The position numbers and the translations under genes were made by a program. A stretch of 64,000 nt of DNA, from contig CAXWPH010000007.1 in NCBI GenBank assembly GCA_963666055.2, forward strand, positions 293,921 through 357,920, given 5' to 3'. The notes beneath the pieces were generated by a model. It did not search any database. It saw only the letters and a program-made list of their open reading frames with translations, and was not told the DNA's origin. Shown one piece after another: positions 38,605 to 48,604 of the stretch; positions within the stretch are counted from its first letter, which is position 1, and the number at the start of each line of letters is the position of its first letter. This stretch comes from Acidobacteriota bacterium. Its GTDB lineage: Bacteria; Acidobacteriota; UBA890; WLXD01.

Positions 38605-38673
38605 AAAGAGCCGGCTGCTGCACTCCACCCTGGATCTCTAGCAGGCCCAGTCCGGCGAAGACAGCGGTGGCGA

Positions 38674-39960
38674 TCAGAAAGCGTACCGCAGCACCCGCGC
38701 AACGTTGATGCCGACCAGCATCGTGCCCACCGCCAGCGCCGCGGCCCCGACAGAGATGGCCATCTCGTTCCCTGCTATCAGGCCGACGGCGAGTACTGGA
38801 ACGCCGAGCGTCCATAGGGTGAAGCTGGCGGCCTGAAGGCGCCGGCCCATCATGGTGTACTGCGAGGGAACGTCTGGTTTCTGTCCGTAACGCACGAACT
38901 GCTGGAGCCAGGTGACCAGCGGCAGGATTCGCGTTGCCACGCCGATGACAATCTGCGACAGGAAACCTACGAGACCCAGCAAGCCGTAGACCGCCATCAG
39001 GCGCAGCTCGGTCTCCGATGGCTGCATGTACAACAGCGCCATGCCGAGCGTCGCGCTGAGCGCCAGGTAGCCGATCGCCTGCATCACATGCAGCACCCCA
39101 TAGTCGGGTTTGATCAGCGCCTTGGGGGCAGGGCGCGGAGATCGGATCATCCACGCCACCCTGGAGGCGAACGCGACGATCCCCAGAATACTCAGCACGG
39201 CGAACGCACCGGTCCATCGGCTGGCGGTAATCAGGCTGGCGAACAGCCCCAGCACACCGATCTCCAGCAGACAGGCACTAGCGTAGAGGCCCCGCTCCGG
39301 GGGTACTGCCGTGGGCAACATCATCGGCAGAAGCCGATAGGCGAGCCCGATCACCATCATCGTTGCCCAGCCGAGCGCCGCGAGATGGGCGTGCGCGAAC
39401 ACGTTCCCCAGAATATGGCCCGGCACCGCGTCGACTTGGAGCTTCTCCAGGCCGGTGAGCGCTCCCCAGATTCCAGCCACCAGCATGTTCACAAACGCCA
39501 GCACGATGTGGAGCTTGATCGGCCACGGCATCGCCCCGGGCAACACGGCGCGCAGCACACGCCAGGCGACAAAGGCGATGCTGAGCAGCAACATGCCCGC
39601 CGACCACAACATGCCGTTGTAGCGATTCAGCCAGAAGTGACTCGCCAGCCCCGCCACTCCGGTGAGGAAAAGAGCGCACGCTACGATGTCTGAGCGTCGA
39701 GCCGCGATCGGTGTGCGTAGGGCGATCGGTCCGACCATGTAGATCCAACCCAGAATCGAGCCGGTGATCCAGCCCAGCGTGACCAGATGAACCAGCGCCA
39801 TCGCCTGCGGGTGATAGAAAAAACCCGCCAGGATGCCCGGCCGCCAGGCGAGCATCGAGAACGCCGTGATCAGCGCGATGTGGGCGCCCGCCAGGTAAAG
39901 CCCCGGCACCAGCCTCGGGGGGAGGCGCTCGAGCTTCGCTGGGTCGGCCGCTGTCGTCAT
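38674..39960 (-). CDS. Polytopic membrane protein, NnrS/heme-copper-oxidase subunit I-like
   Basis: About 12 TM helices; HLVTLGW, HAHLAALGWATMMVIG, RILP. Confidence 0.7.
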   Translation of the reverse strand: MTTAADPAKLERLPPRLVPGLYLAGAHIALITAFSMLAWRPGILAGFFYHPQAMALVHLVTLGWITGSILGWIYMVGPIALRTPIAARRSDIVACALFLTGVAGLASHFWLNRYNGMLWSAGMLLLSIAFVAWRVLRAVLPGAMPWPIKLHIVLAFVNMLVAGIWGALTGLEKLQVDAVPGHILGNVFAHAHLAALGWATMMVIGLAYRLLPMMLPTAVPPERGLYASACLLEIGVLGLFASLITASRWTGAFAVLSILGIVAFASRVAWMIRSPRPAPKALIKPDYGVLHVMQAIGYLALSATLGMALLYMQPSETELRLMAVYGLLGLVGFLSQIVIGVATRILPLVTWLQQFVRYGQKPDVPSQYTMMGRRLQAASFTLWTLGVPVLAVGLIAGNEMAISVGAAALAVGTMLVGINVARVLRYAF

Positions 39961-40059
39961 GCGGCGATCGTACTGAAGAACGCTCTCGCCCGCCGGATAG
40001 CGTCCATGCAATCACCGATCCCGTGACACGCTCCGACTTGCATTCACGGTTTTGTATCT

Positions 40060-40095
40060 CTAGCATTGCAAGGAAATAGACCCTTGCTTTGCTAG
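40060..40095. promoter_or_regulatory. Inverted repeat CTAGCATTGCAAGG-N8-CCTTGCTTTGCTAG, putative PadR operator
   Basis: Arms match at 12 of 14 positions; ends 9 bp before the PadR ATG. Confidence 0.6.
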
Positions 40096-40104
40096 GATAA
40101 TCAG

Positions 40105-40425
40105 ATGGGACGCGACTCGCTCGGCGACTTCGAGCAGCTGGTGATGCTGGCGGTGGCGCGGCTCGGCGGCGACGCCTACGTTGTGCCGATCATCGCCGAG
40201 ATCGGCGACCGCACCGGACGTCGGGCTAGCCACGCGGCAGTCTACGTGGCGCTCAAACGGCTGGAGACCAAGGGGCTGGTAAGGTCGCGGCTCGGCGAGC
40301 CGACCGCCGAGCGTGGCGGCCGAGCGAAGCGCTTCTTCACGCTGGAGCCCGACGCCATCGAACGCCTGCGCGGCTCGCGCGACGCGCTGTTGTCGATGTG
40401 GCAGGGCCTGGAAGAAAAGCTGTGA
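40105..40425 (+). CDS. PadR family transcriptional regulator
   Basis: LGDFEQLVMLAV, AVYVALKRLE, ERGGRAKRFF. Confidence 0.92.
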   Translation: MGRDSLGDFEQLVMLAVARLGGDAYVVPIIAEIGDRTGRRASHAAVYVALKRLETKGLVRSRLGEPTAERGGRAKRFFTLEPDAIERLRGSRDALLSMWQGLEEKL

Positions 40426-43111
40426 GCCGGCGCGCGCGCCACGGGAAGGCGCCGGATTTCGCCACCAAGCTCGTCACCCGACTGCTGCCGCCACCGTCGA
40501 GACACGACGTGCTCGGCGATCTGGAAGAGGAATTCCAGCACCTGCGACGCACCCACGGCGGGTTGCGAGCCTGGTTGTGGTACTGGCGTCAGACGATCGC
40601 CTTCGCCTGCAAGCTTCCGGCCGCCGGCCTGGCCGGCGGTCTGCCAGAAGATCCCCGTCGTGAGCACAACGTGATCGGCAACCTGGCAGCGGACATTCGG
40701 TTTGCAGTGCGCAGCCTGCTGGCCGAACCGCTGTTCGCCTTCGTAGTCATCGCCACGCTGGCGCTGGCGATCGGCGCCAACACCGCTATCTTCTCGGTAG
40801 TCAACGGAGTGCTGCTGAGCCCCCTCGATTACCCGGAGCCCGACCGGCTGGTGCGGGTGTATCAGTACTACTCGCGCAGCGGCGGCTTCGAGAGCGCCCC
40901 GACAAACTTCGACGTTGTGTCGCCCCTCGACTACACCGACTACCGGGATCAGCTGAGTACGTTCCAGTCGCTGGCGGGGATGGGGAACTACGGCCCGATG
41001 GGCTTCGATCTCACCGGCGAGGGCGCGCCGCAACGAATCTCCGCACTATACGTGACATCGGACTATTTCGACGTCTACGGCTTGCGCCCGATGACCGGGC
41101 GAGTGTTCGAGCGCTCCGAGGAGGACGGCAACTCCCGCGTGGTGATCCTGTCGGCGAGGCTGTGGCGGAGCCTCTTCGAAAGCGATCCTGAGATCGTCGG
41201 CCGCACGATGACGCTCGATGGCGAGGCCTGGGAGATCGTCGGCGTCATGCCCGCCGGCTTCGTCGATCTGGTGGGCGACGACGTCGACGTGTGGGTGCCA
41301 CACGACATGACGCCCGGCGGCTTCAACACGCGCGGCAACCACTATATGACGGTCGTCGGTCGACTCGCCCCCGGAGTGACGCTGGCCGAGGCGCAGCAGC
41401 AGCTCACTGCCTTCGACGAGCAGCTGGCCCGCCAGTATCCGGAGTCGAACGACGGACGCTATGCATGGATCCAACCGCTGCAAGAGGACTCGGTGGGCAA
41501 CGCCGACACCATGCTCTGGGTCCTGCTGGGCTCCACCGCACTGGTCTTGCTGATCGGCTGCGTCAACGTCGCCAACCTGCTGATCGGCCGCGGCATGACG
41601 CGGCGCAAGGAGCTCGCCATCCGCGCCGCCCTCGGCTCGGGGCGACTGCGTCTGGTTCGGCAACTGCTTACCGAGAGCCTCCTGTTGGCGCTCATCGGCG
41701 GCGTGCTGGGCGTTGCGTTGGCGGCGATGACGACGCGCGCCTTGCTGCGCCTCGCGCCGCAGTCCCTCACGCTCATCAACGACATATCGTTCGACTCGCG
41801 CGTGCTGGCGCTCGCCCTCGCCACTTCGCTGTTGACAACCGCTGTCTTTGGGCTGGTCCCCGCCTTTCGCAGCGTCGGGAAAGACCTCGAGACGGCGTTG
41901 CGCGAGGACGACCGCGGCAACAGCGGTAGTCGGGGCACCAACCGCATGCGCTCGGCGTTGGTGGTGGGCGAGGTCGCGTTGGCGCTCGTGCTTCTGATCG
42001 GAGCGGGCCTGATGATGCGCAGCTTCTGGCTGCTACAGACTCGTGACATTGGCGTGGACCCGAGCAACGTGACGACGTTCGAGCTACGGCTGCCGGAGGC
42101 CCGCTACGACACGGCGCAAGAACGTGAGGGCTTCTACCAGGAGCTGCGACGGCGTGTCGCTGCCATCCCCGGCGTCGATGCGGTCGGCGCCGTCCAGTGG
42201 CTGCCAGTCACTGGTACCTACAACGTTTGGGGGTACGCGACGGCCGACCCGGATAGCGACTCGGGCTGGGATCACCACCTCGCCAACATCCGCGTCATCT
42301 CGGGCGACTATCTCGACCTGTTGGGAATCCCGCTGCTGGCGGGGCGCCGCTTCGGTCCGGACGACGCACTGGGCGCACCGTTCGCGGTGTATCTCAACGA
42401 GGCCGCGGTTGCGGACGGCTGGGGACCCGGAGCAAACCCGCTCGGCGAGACCATCAGATCCGGCGGTCACGACGGTGAGATCGTCGGCATCGTCGGAAAC
42501 ACGCTGCTACGGCAGCGCTCGGCGTCGCCCACCCCCAAGCTGTACTTCAGCCACACGCAGTTCGCCGAGCGTCGCTGGAGCATGTTCCAGCTGCTGCGCA
42601 CCTCCGCCGATGTACCGGGCCTGATGACCGCGATCCGTACCCAGTTAGCCGAGATCGACCCGCTGCTCGTCGCCTTCAACGTGCGCACTCTGGAACGCGC
42701 CATCGGCGTCGGCATGGCCGATACTCGGTTCACCATGGTGCTGCTCGTCGCCTTTGGCTCCATGGCTGGGCTGCTGGCGGCCTCGGTACCTACGGCGTGC
42801 TGTCGTACTCCGTTGGGCAGCGCCGCCGAGAGATCGGCATTCGCATGGCCCTGGGCGCCCGCGAGAAAGAGATCCAGCGCATGGTGTTAGGATAAGGACT
42901 GGCATTCGCGGCCCTCGGCGCGGCCATCGGGCTGGTCGCTGCCTTCGCCGCTACCCGACTGATGAGCTCGCTGCTGTACGGCGTCTCTGCTACCGATCCG
43001 GCAGTATTCATCGCCGTTGGCGTCGCCGGCCTGGCGATCGCTTTGCCGGCGGCGTGGATCCCGGCGCGTCGAGCGACCAGTGTCAGCCCGGTGCACGTGC
43101 TCCGCTCCTGA
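40422..43111 (+). CDS. ADOP-type duplicated permease with a frameshift near 42782
   Basis: ATLALAIGANTAIFSVV, LIGCVNVAN. After LLAA the gene continues in another frame: GTYGVLSYSVGQRRREIGIRMALG...WIPARRA, ending at TGA 43111. Confidence 0.88.
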
Positions 43112-43203
43112 AGGGGCGCCAGGAAGCTGGGTGGCATCCCGCCCGGTGGTGATGCCGCCGATCTCCGAATTTGCCACCGACTCGACGAGACGACGCGAAG
43201 ACT

Positions 43204-43638
43204 CTAGGTGAGATCGGTCACGGAATCGCGAGGCAAGCCGAGCAGCACGCTTCCCGCTAGCCAGCTCAGGAACCCGGCCGGGGCGCCGGCGACCAGCCAC
43301 ATGAACGCCACCGGATACTGATCGTTGGGATAGAGAATCCACGGCGCCATGCCCAGGAACGCGCCGGTGACGATGCCTCCCAGTAGCAGGGCGGCCAGGC
43401 CCATCATCCAGCTATGCGCCGAAGAGCCTATCCACGCGCACAGTCCACCGAGTGCAACTGCCAGCGTCAGCACGACCGCGGCCATGGAGACGCGATACGG
43501 GTGTCCGTATGGCGGATCGCTCGGGAAGCGCTCGCCGGTTCCCGGGAACAAGCCAACCCAGGCCACCATCACCACCACGACCACTACCCCGACGTAGACC
43601 GCGCCGGCGCGGACCCAGCGTGGATCCAGCTTGCTCAT
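43204..43638 (-). CDS. Hypothetical membrane protein with about 4 TM helices
   Basis: RBS GGAGG before ATG at 43638; hydrophobic helices. Confidence 0.65.
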   Translation of the reverse strand: MSKLDPRWVRAGAVYVGVVVVVVMVAWVGLFPGTGERFPSDPPYGHPYRVSMAAVVLTLAVALGGLCAWIGSSAHSWMMGLAALLLGGIVTGAFLGMAPWILYPNDQYPVAFMWLVAGAPAGFLSWLAGSVLLGLPRDSVTDLT

Positions 43639-43722
43639 GAGAAACCTCCGTGACAACGTCCGGCGCGAGCGATGAGCGTACCGTCGGGTATCCTGACCGA
43701 TATTGGCTGGCAGACCTAAGAG

Positions 43723-43769
43723 TACTTTGTATTGTAAAGTATCGCAAGTGTATTGCAAAGTATCGCGAG
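43723..43769. repeat. AT-rich 21-bp tandem duplication overlapping the palindrome TACTTT-N7-AAAGTA
   Basis: TGTATTGTAAAGTATCGCAAG (43728-43748) and TGTATTGCAAAGTATCGCGAG (43749-43769). Confidence 0.8.
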
Positions 43770-43775
43770 CGAACG

Positions 43776-44537
43776 ATGCAGCTGAGCCGCAGCCGACGCC
43801 TGTTGATCGGGCGTCTACGCCGCCGCAAGACCCGTGAGCGTGAGCAGATGTTCCTCGCCGAGGGCGTGCGCTGCGCCTCCGAGGTGCTCGACGCCGGCAC
43901 CAGGGTGCGCTTCGCGGTGGTATCGCCACGCCTGCGTGCCCAGCCGGCCGGAACGGAGCTCATCGAACGGCTCGAGGGCGCGCGCGTGGAACTCATCGAC
44001 GCCACCGATGCCGACGTCGCCGAGCTGGCCGATACCGAGTCGCCCCAAGGGGTGCTGCTGGGTTGCGAACAGCCCTCGGCGAGCCTCGAGACCATCAAAG
44101 CCACCCGGGTGCTGGTCGCCGATGCGATCGGCGACCCCGGCAACCTCGGCGCCCTGGTGCGCTCCGCCGCCGCCTTTGGCGTGAGCGTGGTGGTGGCGCT
44201 CGACGGTACGGTCGACCCGTGGAATCCAAAGGTAGTGCGAGCCTCGGCCGGTACCATCGTACGGGTGACGATGCTTCGTGCCAGCTGGCCCGAGCTCGAC
44301 GCCTGGCGCTCAGCGCGCCACCTCGACGTGCTGGTGGCGGAGCGCGGCGGCGACGCGCCGGAGCCACCGCGCCGCGGCTGGATACTGGTGATCGGCAGTG
44401 AGCCGCGCGGCGCACGGGAGGAGATCCGGACGGCCGCCGACCGGCGCATCGCGATCCCCATGGCAAGCGGCGTAAACTCGCTCAACGCCGCAGTGGCCGG
44501 CTCCATCTTGATGTACACCCTAACGGTGCAGGGCTAA
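43776..44537 (+). CDS. TrmH/SpoU family RNA methyltransferase
   Basis: FLAEGVR, TESPQGV, DPGNLGALVRSA, IGSEPRG, SLNAAVAG. Confidence 0.92.
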   Translation: MQLSRSRRLLIGRLRRRKTREREQMFLAEGVRCASEVLDAGTRVRFAVVSPRLRAQPAGTELIERLEGARVELIDATDADVAELADTESPQGVLLGCEQPSASLETIKATRVLVADAIGDPGNLGALVRSAAAFGVSVVVALDGTVDPWNPKVVRASAGTIVRVTMLRASWPELDAWRSARHLDVLVAERGGDAPEPPRRGWILVIGSEPRGAREEIRTAADRRIAIPMASGVNSLNAAVAGSILMYTLTVQG

Positions 44538-44556
44538 TGGGAACGGGAGGAGGCAC

Positions 44557-44715
44557 ATGAAAGGATCCGATGCAGCGAAACACGGCATCAGCTTTGGCTC
44601 TGCCCTGGCAATCGCCATCTCGTTCGCACAGCATCGCTCGGTGCTCTGGGCGATCATCCACGGGCTCTTCTCATGGCTCTACGTCGTCTACTACGTGCTC
44701 ACCGGGGCCCGCTGA
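44557..44715 (+). CDS. 52-aa small membrane protein (not in the ORF track)
   Basis: RBS GGAGGAGG; MKGSDAAKHGISFGSALAIAISFAQHRSVLWAIIHGLFSWLYVVYYVLTGAR*. Confidence 0.8.
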   Translation: MKGSDAAKHGISFGSALAIAISFAQHRSVLWAIIHGLFSWLYVVYYVLTGAR

Positions 44716-45947
44716 GCACACCGAGCAAGTTTCGCATCGCGGTTCTGGGCACCGGCTTCGGAGCCATGCAGGTGGTGCGTCGCCTCGACCGGCGGTATTT
44801 CGACGTCACCGTTGTCAGCCCCCGCAATTACTTCCTGTTCACCCCGCTGCTGCCCAGCACCACCGTTGGAACGGTGGAGTTCCGCAGCATCATCGAGCCA
44901 GTCCGATCGCTGCCGGAGCTCACCTATTACCAGGCGGCTTGTGAGGCCATCGATCCCGACGCGCGGCGTATCCACTGCGAGGCCATGAGCGACGGATATC
45001 GCTTCGAGCTCGGATACGACTATCTCGTCGTCGCAGTGGGTGCCGGCAACAACACCTTCGGCGTGCCGGGAGTGCATGACCACTGTCTGTTCTTGCGCGA
45101 CCTGCCCGACGCTCGCGCCATTCGGCAGCGCATCATCGAGCAACTCGAGCGCGCCAGCCGTCCCGGCATCGATGCCGGGACGCGCGCCGGCCTGCTCCAT
45201 TTCGTGGTGATCGGCGGAGGGCCCACCGGCGTGGAGTTCGCCGCTGAGCTACACGACTTCATCGACGCCGACCTGCACCGGTGGTTCCGTGCCACCGTAG
45301 ATCACGTGAGCATCACGCTACTGGAGTCTTCGGGCTCGATTCTCGGCGCTTTCGATCGCAGCCTGTCGAGCTTCGCGGCGCGCCGCTTCCGACGCCAGAA
45401 CATCGACGTTCGAACCAACACCCCGGTGACTGGCATCGACGCGAACGCCATCACCCTGAACAACGGCGAACGCTTGGCCTACGGACTCGCCGTGTGGTCG
45501 GCCGGCAACGCTCCGGTACCGTTGCTCGCCAACCTCGACTGGCCCAAGTGGCGCGACGGACGGCTGCTGGTAGGGGCGACGCTCCGTGTCCCAGGGCAGG
45601 ACACCATCTGGGCACTGGGAGATTGCGCCACAATCGACGGCGAGCCCCTACCGCCGACCGCACAGGTAGCCCAGCAACAGGGCAAATATCTCGCTGGCAA
45701 CCTCAACCGCATGGCCGCGGGGCGCCCGGAGAAACGGTTCCGATTCCGCCACCTCGGCATGCTGGCCTACATTGGCGAGCATCGGGCGCTCGCCGATCTG
45801 CCGAACGTGAAGGGCCGCGGCTTCGCAAGCTGGGTTTTCTGGCGCTCGGTGTACTGGACGCGCCTGGTGAGCCTGCGCAACAAAGTACTGGTGGTGTTCG
45901 ACTGGCTCACCACGCTGGCGTTCGGCCGCGACGTGAGCCGGTTCTGA
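44712..45947 (+). CDS. ndh: Type II NADH:quinone oxidoreductase (start uncertain: CTG 44712 or ATG 44673)
   Basis: VLGTGFG, FLFTPLL, GGGPTGVEFAAEL, ALGDCA, AQVAQQQG. Confidence 0.9.
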   Translation: MSTPSKFRIAVLGTGFGAMQVVRRLDRRYFDVTVVSPRNYFLFTPLLPSTTVGTVEFRSIIEPVRSLPELTYYQAACEAIDPDARRIHCEAMSDGYRFELGYDYLVVAVGAGNNTFGVPGVHDHCLFLRDLPDARAIRQRIIEQLERASRPGIDAGTRAGLLHFVVIGGGPTGVEFAAELHDFIDADLHRWFRATVDHVSITLLESSGSILGAFDRSLSSFAARRFRRQNIDVRTNTPVTGIDANAITLNNGERLAYGLAVWSAGNAPVPLLANLDWPKWRDGRLLVGATLRVPGQDTIWALGDCATIDGEPLPPTAQVAQQQGKYLAGNLNRMAAGRPEKRFRFRHLGMLAYIGEHRALADLPNVKGRGFASWVFWRSVYWTRLVSLRNKVLVVFDWLTTLAFGRDVSRF

Positions 45948-45948
45948 G

Positions 45949-46899
45949 ATGCCGATAGTGACGCTCCGAGCCACCCGACAGCCGTGGCGCGCAGGCCAAT
46001 CGATTACGCTGGCCGTGCCACTGATGGTGGCCGCACTCGTAGTTGGCTGCACACCTCTCGACGCCGCGAGCCGCGACCACGCCAACCGCAACTCGACGGG
46101 CCCCATGACCAACCGATCGGTCATCAGCATCGCCCATCGTGGCGCCTCCGCCTACGCTCCGGAGCACACCTTCGCCTCGTGGGATCTGGCGCTGGAGATG
46201 AATGCCGATTACCTCGAGCAGGACTTGCAGATGACCGCCGACGGCGTGCTCGTGGTAATGCACGACGACACCCTCGACCGCACGGCGCGCGGCCCGACGA
46301 ACGACTGCACCGGTGCGGTAATCGAAAAAGACCTCGCGCAGCTCGAGCGCTGCAATGCCGGGGCGTGGTTCAACGAGGAGCACCCCGAGCGCGCCCAACC
46401 CGAGTTCGCCGAGCTGACCATCCCGACGCTCGAGTCGGTCTTCGAGCGCTATGCGGGCCGCGCCCGCTTCTACATCGAGACCAAAAACCCCGAGGACGCG
46501 CCCGGCATGGAGGAGGAGCTACTGAGATTGCTGCACGCCTTCGACCTGGTGCCGTCGTCGCCCGACGACGATACGGTAATCCTGCAGTCGTTCAGCCCCG
46601 GCAGCTTGCGCAAGCTACGCGACCTGGAGCCCTCGCTACCCCGGGTGCAACTCGCCCCGTGGCGAGAGACCAGCGCCAGCATCCGCTCGCAGCTGAGCGA
46701 CGTCGCCGCCTATGCCAACGGGCTCGGGCCGCACTACAGCGACGTGAACCAGGCGCTGCTCGACGACGCGCACCAGCGTGGCCTGGTGGTGCACCCCTAT
46801 ACGGTCGACGAACCCGAGGAGATGCGCCGACTGATCGAACTCGGCGTCGACGGCATGTTCACCAACGTGCCGGACGTGCTCGGGGCGATGCTGCGGTGA
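45949..46899 (+). CDS. Glycerophosphodiester phosphodiesterase lipoprotein
   Basis: IAHRGASAYAPEHT, EQDLQMTADG, HD, YIETK, GVDGMFTN. Confidence 0.93.
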   Translation: MPIVTLRATRQPWRAGQSITLAVPLMVAALVVGCTPLDAASRDHANRNSTGPMTNRSVISIAHRGASAYAPEHTFASWDLALEMNADYLEQDLQMTADGVLVVMHDDTLDRTARGPTNDCTGAVIEKDLAQLERCNAGAWFNEEHPERAQPEFAELTIPTLESVFERYAGRARFYIETKNPEDAPGMEEELLRLLHAFDLVPSSPDDDTVILQSFSPGSLRKLRDLEPSLPRVQLAPWRETSASIRSQLSDVAAYANGLGPHYSDVNQALLDDAHQRGLVVHPYTVDEPEEMRRLIELGVDGMFTNVPDVLGAMLR

Positions 46900-46978
46900 A
46901 CACCGAACGCGCCTGTGCGTGAAGGCTGACCGCGCCCTCGGGGTGAACGCTGAACCCGGGCAAGGGTGAACGCTGAAC
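46896..46978. repeat. Four copies of GTGAACNNTGAAC-like 13-mers with 10-11 bp variable spacers
   Basis: Copies start at 46896, 46919, 46943 and 46966 (period 23-24 bp); the first two carry mismatches. Confidence 0.75.
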
Positions 46979-47013
46979 GTTGGCATCCGGGCGGCCGCAG
47001 CCTACTGGTAAAC

Positions 47014-48540
47014 TCAGGGACCCAGCGGCACGTCGTCGGTGCAGCTATCATCGACCTCGGTATGCGGGTCGTTCAGGAAGCTCGAGATCACCTGCGGCCG
47101 GCACTCTCCTGGCAAGCCGTGACCCAGTGCCTGAAACTCGACGATCTGCAGGTTGGGCATCGTCCGCGCCAAGTAGTGGCCCCAGCGGGTGGTGCAGCAT
47201 GAGTCGACCTGGCCGTGCAGCGACAGCCCTGGAGCATCGGAGTAGAAGCGATCGTTGTGCTCCGGCGGCACGGCACCGTCCACCCCCCACCAGGCGCAGA
47301 TCTTGTTGTCCTCGAACGCCACCAGGGCCGGCTCGCGCTCGAGCATGGCGACGACGTCTTCCTCGGTCGGCCGGTTCACCCCCATGTCGCCGCAGATGTG
47401 GGCCAGGTAGTAGCCGTAGGGCTGCCGATCGTCGACATCGTCGGCCGACACCTGGCGCCAGCGATCGGTGCCAAAGAAATCGTCGAGCGCCGAATAGTCG
47501 TGCCTCTGTACTCGCGCCAGCACGTTGGGCAGCTTCATATAGATATCCGAGAAGCGGCGATAGATCTTGGCGATCAGGGCGACGCCGTCGAAGGTCAGGG
47601 TCACCGTCCCGCCATCCTCAGTCTGCACGGTCTTGATATAGGGCCGGGCATCGAGCGCCCGGCGGGCGCGGTCGATCGCGTAATACCAGGCCGGAAGCAG
47701 CTCGCGGCAGTGCGGATCCTCGGCAACGCAGAGGCCCAGGATGTCGGTGTACATCTGCTTGATGGTGTAGAACTCATCGATCGCGGCGCGGTTGCGATAC
47801 TCGCCGAACCAGGGCGCCCCGAGCACAAACGCGCGCACGCTGTCGGGGTAGTAGCGCAGGTACGCCAGCACGCTCCCGCTGCCGGTGGAGTAGCCGTAGA
47901 TGTTGATCTTGCCGTAGCCCAGCAGCTGGCGGATCTCGTCGACGTCGCGCGCGATGTCGTACTCGTTGTACTTCGCCACGTCGATGCCCTCGTCGACGAG
48001 CTTCTCGTAGCACCGCTGCACCGTCTCGGCGTGGAGGCGCAGCCGCTCCATGGTGTCGGTAGACGCGACCATGACCGGCGACAGCTCGTTCTGATACGGC
48101 GAGATGGTTCTGCCGGGGCAAACAAGCGTCGGCTTCGCATACCTGAAGCCGCGGTGATCGATCAGCACCAGCGGGCGATTCCCGGTATCGCCGCGTATCC
48201 AGTCGAAGTTGCCCATCGGCGACAGCCCCGGCCCGCCCGGGAAGAAGAAGAGAGGGTGAGGTTTTGGATCGGGGCTCGGGACATCGCCCTCGAGGCCGGG
48301 CTCGATCACCGCCACCGGCAGCTAGACGATCGTGCCGTTGGGATCGTCGCGATCCTCCTGCCCGAAGAACAGGTAGCAGTCGGCGTTGGCGTCGACCAGC
48401 TCCCCGGTGACGCAGTCGGCAGGCTCGAGTCGCGGAACGGGCTCTGTCTGCTGGGCGCTCGCGATATGGGGGAGGAACAAGACGAACGCGCACACTGGGG
48501 CCCATCCGATCGCCAGGGCTGGTGCGGGCATATGCTTCAC
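47014..48540 (-). pseudogene. Secreted alpha/beta hydrolase (TAP-like) interrupted by an in-frame TAG at 48322-48324
   Basis: RBS AAGGAGG, GTG start, signal peptide; EDRDDPNGTIV*LPVAVI; PGGPG, DHRG, nucleophile elbow GYSTG, GHG. Confidence 0.75.
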
Positions 48541-48604
48541 TGCGGCACCTCCTTCGTGGCCGGTCAACCGGCCTCCGAAACGGGTCGTATCCCCGTGGTC
48601 GCGT

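Noticed and set aside
46896-46978. CRISPR array
   Set aside because: Repeats of 13 bp and spacers of 10-11 bp are far too short, and there are no cas genes in the window.
48322-48324. Pyrrolysine or amber recoding
   Set aside because: TAG is the normal stop of many genes here and the site is not catalytic.
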